Source: Candidatus Hermodarchaeota archaeon (lineage in GTDB: Archaea > Asgardarchaeota > Heimdallarchaeia > Hodarchaeales > Hodarchaeaceae). Taken from it: DNA of 32,000 nt. The translations under genes were made by a program, and so were the position numbers. This document shows positions 17,801 through 25,700 of this stretch, in pieces. Location of the stretch: positions 1-32,000 of the forward strand of contig JBHLKY010000031.1 in assembly GCA_048886185.1 (NCBI GenBank), in the 5' to 3' direction. The notes below the pieces were generated by a model. It was not told where the DNA came from, did not search any database, and saw only the letters and a list, made by a program, of their open reading frames with translations. How positions within the stretch are numbered: position 1 is the first letter of the stretch; the number at the start of each line of letters is the position of its first letter.

Positions 17801-20800
17801 CTATTTATGCTTTTTCAGCCTCATTCCAAGTCCTAAGACCACAATTCCGCATAACACGAATACCAAGGTAAATCCAGATCCTGAGACTGCTGGTTGCTTC
17901 GAGGTGATTTGTTGTTCCTCACTAACAATTGTTATCGTAACTTCATCTGATGCCACATTACTTGAAGTATCACTGATAATTAATTCTATCTCATATGTAC
18001 CTGCACTCCATCCAACTAACTGCAAAGTAATGTCATCTCCACTCCAAGTTTCTTGGAGAAATGTAGACCCGTTTAATTTTATAGTATAAGATGACGGGTG
18101 AATATCATGCGCCTGCCAAACTATACGGGCGTTCGAGTCCCCTTCAACAAACCGACAATCTGAGACTTTTGATAACGTTGGAGCAGTTATATCTACAACT
18201 GCTACATGACAGGCCATACTATGCGAGGATCCTTGTTCATCATAAACAAGGAGGAGATATGTGTGGAATCCTAATGTAAGAGTATCTACAGTGATTGTGA
18301 AATTAGTTTCAAGTAACGTCCCTGAATCAATAAGCTGATCATTAAGATAGAGCGAATAATTATGAGGATTGGCTTCTAAAATCTCCCAGTGTATTGAGTG
18401 GCCTGTAGTTCCTTCGGAGAATACAAGATCAGGGGGCCTTTTGATATATGGTGGGGTATAATCTGTGACATAGACTTGTACTAATTCAGTTGCTACATTT
18501 CGGGATTCATCCTCAACAACCAAGGTAAAATTATAGTAACCTGGCTTTAAGTCTTCGATATTGACTAGGATAAAAGGAAAATTACTTGTTATTGTTTTAC
18601 TGTCGATCTCTGTTCCATTTCTAAAGAGCTTATAGGATGAGAGATGTGGTTCTGAAATAAAGAATTCAAACCATGATGCTGTGTATACTGGTTCGAAGTA
18701 AATAGGATCATGAGGCCAGACATAGGGAGCTAAGATATCTTTCACGGTCACTTGAACAGTTGAAAATCTCATGTTATCACTTGCATCCCTAAATTCCGCA
18801 TCAAATGTGTAAATACCAGGAGCTAAGTTCTCTATTGGGACTGAAATAGTGCCATTAGTTGGGGTCCAGACTCCAGCCTTAACAAGGATCGAGTCACGGT
18901 ACAGTTCAAAAGTTCCTAAATTAGGATCGTGATCGTGTAATTGCCAAAAAGGAGCGTCTATTTGTGTGAGTTCATGCTCAAAAACAGTGAAATCTGTTGG
19001 TGAGACTACTAATGTTGGTTCATCAATATCAATTAACGAGAATCCCCAAGAATAAGAAATTAGATTATTCGACCTGTCGTAGAGTTTTAGTTCTAAATTA
19101 TTTCCGCCAACCTGTAGGTCTACTAACTCATCTACTTGAAAATCTACTGAAACTCCAGATTCCCAGGTCCCATTTTTTGCTGGTATTGAATTAACCCACA
19201 ATTCATATCTATCTGGATAGTCATCTGTTGCGTTGAATGACACTGTCTCCCCATGGTTCAGATAAGCATAAAATTCAGGATAGCCTGTAAAGCTTGGTGC
19301 CTCATAGTCTGATGGTGCGATAATAACAAAAATGCTTGCTGAATCAGAATTATGTTCCGCGTCTTGGATAAAGAGCGTGAAGTTCCAAACTCCGGCTGTT
19401 AGTGAACCTGTCGAAATATAATGCGTTATTAGAGAAGTATGCTCTGTATCAGGATCCTGTTCTATAATGAGGGTCTCTGGAGTAACGGCGACCTTGGTCC
19501 CATTCTTATAAATAGTCATATCTAGTAAATACTCTTCCGTACACTTCCAAATGAGAGTGTGTGGTCGGGCAAAATTCTCTGGAAGAGTACTCCCTGAGAT
19601 CTCCTCTACAATGGGAAGTGTGTTATCTGTTGGTTTAATCGTAACCCAAATTTGATCTGTAGCGACATTTCCAGAAGTATCGCTAAATTCAACTGTAATA
19701 TTATAGATACCTAATGGTAACGGGCGAGATCCTGTTACAGGAACAAAGATCGGAGTTTCGTTCGACCATGGGTCCTGATCGGTGTACAGGGTGTCATTAA
19801 TATATACTGAGTAGGTGTTTGGATAACTATCTACTGCTTGCCAGGATGGTCCATAATCAAAGTTTGATTGTGGGTATTCATGTCCCCAAGGTGAATATTT
19901 AGTATCTAGATATGTAATACCTGGAGGGGTATAATCTGGTTCAAGGACTTTCACACTTACATCATTTGAAGAGGCCACTGTTCCCTTGCTTCCGTCGGAA
20001 ACCGCGGATATCCTGAAATCATATATTGTGGCTGGCACTATATCAGGATCAGGTATTTTTAGCACAATTTCTACTTCTTCTGTTTCATTAGGAGCGAGAT
20101 CTAATATTTTATTTCCTTTTGGGAAGCTGATATAGTCATCCCATCCAGTTGTTGTTAGCGTATAGTTATCCATGGTATTTCCAGTATTGTTCACTGTAAA
20201 TGTGAAATTAGATTCGAAATTAGCAAACATTGTAGTTGAGGTAGGTGTAATTGAGGTTTCTATGTCAAAATGAGCTGAGAAGTTGAGGGCCATTCTCTCT
20301 CTTTTAAAGAGGGTAGGCTCTCTTTGATTTATTGCTTCGATGTCTAGGGTATATACACCTGGTGATGGATAGAGATCAGTTCGATCATATCTAAAATTAA
20401 CACTTCCTGAATAGTACTGACTTGATCCTGAACCATATGGATCTACTGCAAAATTCTCTACCCAATTTCTCAAAAGTGAGTCTTGTGAGTAGAGTGTTGC
20501 ATTAACTATTATTGTATCATTTAGATTACCCAAATTTTCACCCATGAAGGCTATTGGGATGTAATTTCCATAATCAACTTGGATTATTTTTGCGGTTTCT
20601 GTTCCTAAATCGACATTAAGGCTATAACCTATCATAGATGGTATTATTAATGTCGCAGATCGATTAATTGCAGGATTTGGTACTTTTAGATTACGTTTTG
20701 CTTGACTGGTTGCTATAATCTCAAATGTTTTTTCTCCTGGCGGTATTTTAATTTGTTCTGGTGGTGAAACGATCAAATAAAAAGTTGTAGGAGTAGATCC

Positions 20801-22759
20801 AATACTATAATGGGGGACTGCTCTATCAAAAGTAGCTCTGTAGCCTTCTGGTAATCCTTGGACTTCAAGTTCTACTACATCTGATTTTCCAGCTAAATTC
20901 TGGATTGTGATTTGATACATCTGATCATGAGTGCCTATGGTAGCTAGTGAACCTTGGCCTGTCTCTGGAGTTATTTCTTCCACATCCATTGAAAAGTCAT
21001 AAACATCTTCAGATATAATTGAGGATGCACTAATCTCATATGAAAATAATGTTGGAAGGTTCATCTCTCCAAAATTAATGCCTAATATTGGTACACGTAG
21101 ACTTCCAATCCAATCTTTAAGTGGAAGTGTGAAAATCCACCATTTAAAGTTTTTAAAGTTAATGAAGAACTCTGGACTCCAAATCACTTTACTTGCATGG
21201 AAAATCATTTCATCGACAGAGATACCAAGAAATTCTCCTGCTTCATAAGGTATACCGAATTCTAAAACATTTAGTTCTCCTGAAGAAGTCCAACTTACTG
21301 GATTCTTAGTTTTTGGGGAATCACCTGCTGCTGCTGCGAGTTGGCCAGTAACTGCTTTTCCATATACATCAAGGAACCCCAACCCGACCCCTATTTCCAT
21401 AATATTTGATAAAGCACTGCAAATCGCTGAAATGTATGGAATATTTAAATTTGCGATAATGGGGAGGAGATCTACATCAAAATTAAAATCTACTTGAACA
21501 TTTTCACCTGCAAGAGGAGTCTGATAATCATCATATTTATGATAATTATAATATATTAGCGGATAGGAAAAAACATTTTTCCATGTCCATCCAAACCAAG
21601 GGATTCTTACTTTCTTTTTTCGCCATTTCCAGAACCACCAATAGCGAACTGTAACTCGTTTTGTTGTCCAATGAAGGTACTTGGCGTCCAGAGCAACGCC
21701 AACATCTAACAAGAATTTTATTTCAAACTCATGATAGTCTGGAAGGTCAAGGGGAATAAGGGTCACTTTAAAATCATATGTTTGTCCTTCCATTACTTCC
21801 TTGGGGTATTCGATTATCAATCTAACAGGAAAGACAAAATGAAAACCTGCTTCAAATACTGCCCAAGCTCTGAATCTGATGATAAATAGGGATAGAGATG
21901 GTTTATAATTGAATCCTGGAAGATTGAATTCAAATCCCAATTTAATGTCAATTGTTTTATTTAAGTATTCTACTTGAGCTTGACTAGCTCCCTTTCCGCC
22001 TGAGGCTGAATGGATAGGAATTTGAATGTCCTCAAATCCTGAAAAGTCAGGTTCGATGAGTCTAATTTGAGGTTTTCCCGAGATTTCAGTGATCTGAGTA
22101 AATTCGCTATTTTCTGTTATTATTGATCGTTGATGAATTTCTTGATTTTCGGTTATAATTCGTCTATCAATTAGTTCATAATTTTCATTTTTTATTTGTG
22201 TGGTTGTTTCAACTTTATGGTCATCAGCTGTACTTATGCTTTCAATTTCTTGATCTGGGGTAACATCTAATGAATACGATGGTTGTTTCACCCAGTCATT
22301 GAAGAAAAATGATTGGAATGATTCTTTAAAATCGGGAAGGTCATCCGAATTAATTGTAACAGTCTCTTCAACAGGTGTCCAAGAATTTAGGAAATAATCA
22401 TAAGCATCAAGTGTTCGTTGATTTGGATTTGCTAGCTGCTGGAGATATTCATCATATTGTTCTAGGGATTCAATATCCTCATCAGAAAAATGAGTTAAAT
22501 AACTTTCATACTGCTGCAGTGTCTGTTTGTCTTCTTCTGATAAGAAGCTATACAAATAATCGGGTACCTTTGATTTGATCTGATCCTGGCAATAAGATTG
22601 TTTCATTAATCGGGGGACTGGTAAGGAAACCGAAATATTAATATCGGGTGAATAATATAAAGATGTTACTGAATAAATGAGGATTACAAGTGCAAAAGAA
22701 GCATAAATAAGTCTTTTATGACTTCGAAATTTACATTTTAAATTCTGTATTGGACTCAT
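17801..22759 (-). CDS. 1652-aa surface protein: signal anchor, beta-rich head with Trp/Lys-rich hairpin, three NEW3/CARDB-like and about seven Ig-like repeats, SGF-type C-terminal anchor
   Basis: FTFTVNNTGNTMDNYTL-type domains; D..P...W...D..P..Y...NG...W...L..G.YN.T....D.S.N repeats; tail SGSGFTLVFVLCGIVVLGLGMRLKKHK; ATGA overlap with the upstream gene. Confidence 0.88.
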   Translation of the reverse strand: MSPIQNLKCKFRSHKRLIYASFALVILIYSVTSLYYSPDINISVSLPVPRLMKQSYCQDQIKSKVPDYLYSFLSEEDKQTLQQYESYLTHFSDEDIESLEQYDEYLQQLANPNQRTLDAYDYFLNSWTPVEETVTINSDDLPDFKESFQSFFFNDWVKQPSYSLDVTPDQEIESISTADDHKVETTTQIKNENYELIDRRIITENQEIHQRSIITENSEFTQITEISGKPQIRLIEPDFSGFEDIQIPIHSASGGKGASQAQVEYLNKTIDIKLGFEFNLPGFNYKPSLSLFIIRFRAWAVFEAGFHFVFPVRLIIEYPKEVMEGQTYDFKVTLIPLDLPDYHEFEIKFLLDVGVALDAKYLHWTTKRVTVRYWWFWKWRKKKVRIPWFGWTWKNVFSYPLIYYNYHKYDDYQTPLAGENVQVDFNFDVDLLPIIANLNIPYISAICSALSNIMEIGVGLGFLDVYGKAVTGQLAAAAGDSPKTKNPVSWTSSGELNVLEFGIPYEAGEFLGISVDEMIFHASKVIWSPEFFINFKNFKWWIFTLPLKDWIGSLRVPILGINFGEMNLPTLFSYEISASSIISEDVYDFSMDVEEITPETGQGSLATIGTHDQMYQITIQNLAGKSDVVELEVQGLPEGYRATFDRAVPHYSIGSTPTTFYLIVSPPEQIKIPPGEKTFEIIATSQAKRNLKVPNPAINRSATLIIPSMIGYSLNVDLGTETAKIIQVDYGNYIPIAFMGENLGNLNDTIIVNATLYSQDSLLRNWVENFAVDPYGSGSSQYYSGSVNFRYDRTDLYPSPGVYTLDIEAINQREPTLFKRERMALNFSAHFDIETSITPTSTTMFANFESNFTFTVNNTGNTMDNYTLTTTGWDDYISFPKGNKILDLAPNETEEVEIVLKIPDPDIVPATIYDFRISAVSDGSKGTVASSNDVSVKVLEPDYTPPGITYLDTKYSPWGHEYPQSNFDYGPSWQAVDSYPNTYSVYINDTLYTDQDPWSNETPIFVPVTGSRPLPLGIYNITVEFSDTSGNVATDQIWVTIKPTDNTLPIVEEISGSTLPENFARPHTLIWKCTEEYLLDMTIYKNGTKVAVTPETLIIEQDPDTEHTSLITHYISTGSLTAGVWNFTLFIQDAEHNSDSASIFVIIAPSDYEAPSFTGYPEFYAYLNHGETVSFNATDDYPDRYELWVNSIPAKNGTWESGVSVDFQVDELVDLQVGGNNLELKLYDRSNNLISYSWGFSLIDIDEPTLVVSPTDFTVFEHELTQIDAPFWQLHDHDPNLGTFELYRDSILVKAGVWTPTNGTISVPIENLAPGIYTFDAEFRDASDNMRFSTVQVTVKDILAPYVWPHDPIYFEPVYTASWFEFFISEPHLSSYKLFRNGTEIDSKTITSNFPFILVNIEDLKPGYYNFTLVVEDESRNVATELVQVYVTDYTPPYIKRPPDLVFSEGTTGHSIHWEILEANPHNYSLYLNDQLIDSGTLLETNFTITVDTLTLGFHTYLLLVYDEQGSSHSMACHVAVVDITAPTLSKVSDCRFVEGDSNARIVWQAHDIHPSSYTIKLNGSTFLQETWSGDDITLQLVGWSAGTYEIELIISDTSSNVASDEVTITIVSEEQQITSKQPAVSGSGFTLVFVLCGIVVLGLGMRLKKHK

Positions 22760-25700
22760 TTTCTTTTCCTCCGTCTCAAATTGAAGTAAGATCTGAACTT
22801 CGTGAAAAACAGTATGAATATTGCAGTAGTGGTGAGTTCAAATCCAGGGGCCCTTCCGGTTTTGGGTACTACTATGAGTGTAAAATCATCTATCGCATAG
22901 TTTCCTGACATGTCATAAACAATAAGACGATATTGATACGTATCAAGGGGAAGAGCTGTTATAACAATTTCAATAGATGTTCCTGACCATGATCCTGACT
23001 GTTCTATATCTCCATTCGGTAACATGATCAATTCATAATGGGAGGGTGTTTCGTCAGTTACTTGCCATGTTAGTGTAATATTGATATTTTCTTCAACTGT
23101 AATATCTGGTAGATGAACGAGGATGGGTGGATCGGTGTCTCCCTGAACCGTGACACTTACTGACCGTGATGCATTATTCCCAAATGTATCCCATGCAATT
23201 ATAATGATATTATAATTACCTACAACCAGCCCATCTAAACAAAACTCTACTTTTATATTAGGAGAGGTCCAGGTATGTTCAACAATGATAGTATCCGTGC
23301 CGATTGAGATCAAATAACCTTGTGGGTGCACATCAAATAAATAGGCGATAATATAATTATTCAAAGTTCCATATGTAAACACAACGTCTTGTATTTGTGA
23401 AATAGTTGGTGGAAAAGTATCAGCTTCACCGGTAGGGATTACTTCAACAATTGCTATACCAGATGCGCTATGTCCTGCCACATCCCATACAGTTAAGATG
23501 AATTCCCAGGTACCAAGAGGTAACGAGGTATAATGGTATTGAATGATTCCTGAAACCCAAGAACTTTTTTCATAGATGATTGAACCATTTCTAGTGATCA
23601 TATATCGATCTGGATATTTATCATCGACTTCCCAAATAATTGTTCCAGCAGTATTTTCAGCAATAATAGATTTGGCTGGTTGAGAAACTGTTGGAGGAGT
23701 TACATCAGGAGCTTCTGGATTAACCGTGACTATTACTGAACTAGAAGCTGTATTGCTTGCTAGGTCATATAAAGTTAGAGTCACGTTCCATGTACCAATG
23801 GGGAGATGATCAACAGAATAGGAAATATTCTCTCCATGCCAGGGATTGAATAGTTCCTCAGTATCATTTATAAGAATTGTATAAGCAAACGGATGATTAT
23901 CAAGACAGATCCAATGAAGAATATGACCAGTTGTCCCTTTTTCAAATTCTAAAGAACCAGGTGGCATGTTAACAGGGGATTCAGTGTCTGGGACAGCTTC
24001 AGTCACATTAACCCATACTACGTCGTAAACCGAGTTCCCTGCTTCATCAAAGAGTGTACAATTATACTTATATAATCCTGTGGCGACTCCATCAAGAGAA
24101 ATTACAATATCATTTCCAATCCAAGCCTTGTCATAAATTAGAGTCATATTCTTTCGGACAGATGCCCACCAGGGTGTCCGATCATCTGATCCAGTCCAAA
24201 TAATTGAATATCCAATGGATCCTTCTTCAAAGCTTACATCATTTGGTGAGGAAATGGATGGAGGTGTTGTATCAGGCGCGGAAGGGAGTACCCTAATCCA
24301 TACTTCATCAGAAGAAGTTCTCCCATAAGCATTCTCTACTACACAAGTAAAGTTATGAACACCTTCTTCTAATCCATCAAGCCAAACTAATACATAATTT
24401 GTCCAAGACCCCGTTCTATAAATTGTCCCATTCCGATAGACCGAATAATTTGCTGGGAAAAGATCTGTAACAGACCAAAGAATAGAATAACCTGTATCAC
24501 CATGAAATATGCTAAAATCGCTGGGGCTTGTGATGCTTGGAACACTTAATAAGCAGAAGAAGGATCTTTGTTCAGAAGTGTACCAATTATCTAAAATATC
24601 CGTTATATAAAGTTGTATCGTATGACTACCAGTAGCGGGAAGTACAATGCTTGTTTTTCCTTCGATTGGTATATAACTCGAATTATCTAATGAATAACCG
24701 ATCCAAGATAAATCTGCAGGTTCACTCCCCTCATTTACTGCCTCGAACCTGTTATCTCCGATGTTATAATTTGGATCCCATGAATAACCAAAAGCATCAA
24801 AGTATAAATTTGATTGGACTGAATCACCTGTTGATACATGGATTCCTGAACTACTCCCATGATACTGGAATTCTGCATCTGGTGATTCATAAATCAAGGT
24901 ACTTCCATCTGAATCATAAAGTCTTACCCGATAGTGATGCGGAGCTAATCCTGCGTAAGTGCCATCATCTGAGAAATCGATCGATAATCGGTACCACTTA
25001 TTTTCAGAGAAAGTAATACCTGTATCTATAGATGTATTGCCATCAAAATACTCAAATTCGTTATATTCATCAGCAACACGAACAGTATAATCATATGGAG
25101 AGGCTGCTTTCAACAATCCCCAACTAACTCGCCAATTAGTTCCTGGAGCTTCATGTAATACCCAAAATTCGAGTGTTCCTGATGTAATGACATTATTAAA
25201 GAAACCATCGGCAACAAGTATAGGGCCAGCATCATTATCCTTGCAATACAGAACTTTTGAATGGAAATTTCCATAAGCATCTGTTTTAGAATTAAGAACC
25301 TGTATATCAACTGATGTGGGTTGGATACTACCACCCTGCCACCAGCCCCAATTATCAGGTTCAGTACCAACCGAAACATCTTCAAATCCTTCAGAAGCAG
25401 GATAATAACCTGCCCAGTCTGTTCTAGATTTCGTAGGTGGTTCAAAATCTAGTAGTAATCCTTCTTTTAAATTATCTCCGATATTATAACAAGGATCCCA
25501 AGAATATCCTAGCGCATCTAAATAAAAGTCATGAAGTGGATTTCCAGATTGAAATTCTATCCCATGAGATCGAAGATCAAAACCATAAATGTCAATTGGG
25601 GAGCCTTCAAATAGAAATGCGTAGCCACTACCATACCAGGTGTTATTGAGCTGGATCTGCCATCCACCTTGAGTAATGTCGAAGTCTACCCGAATATGGA

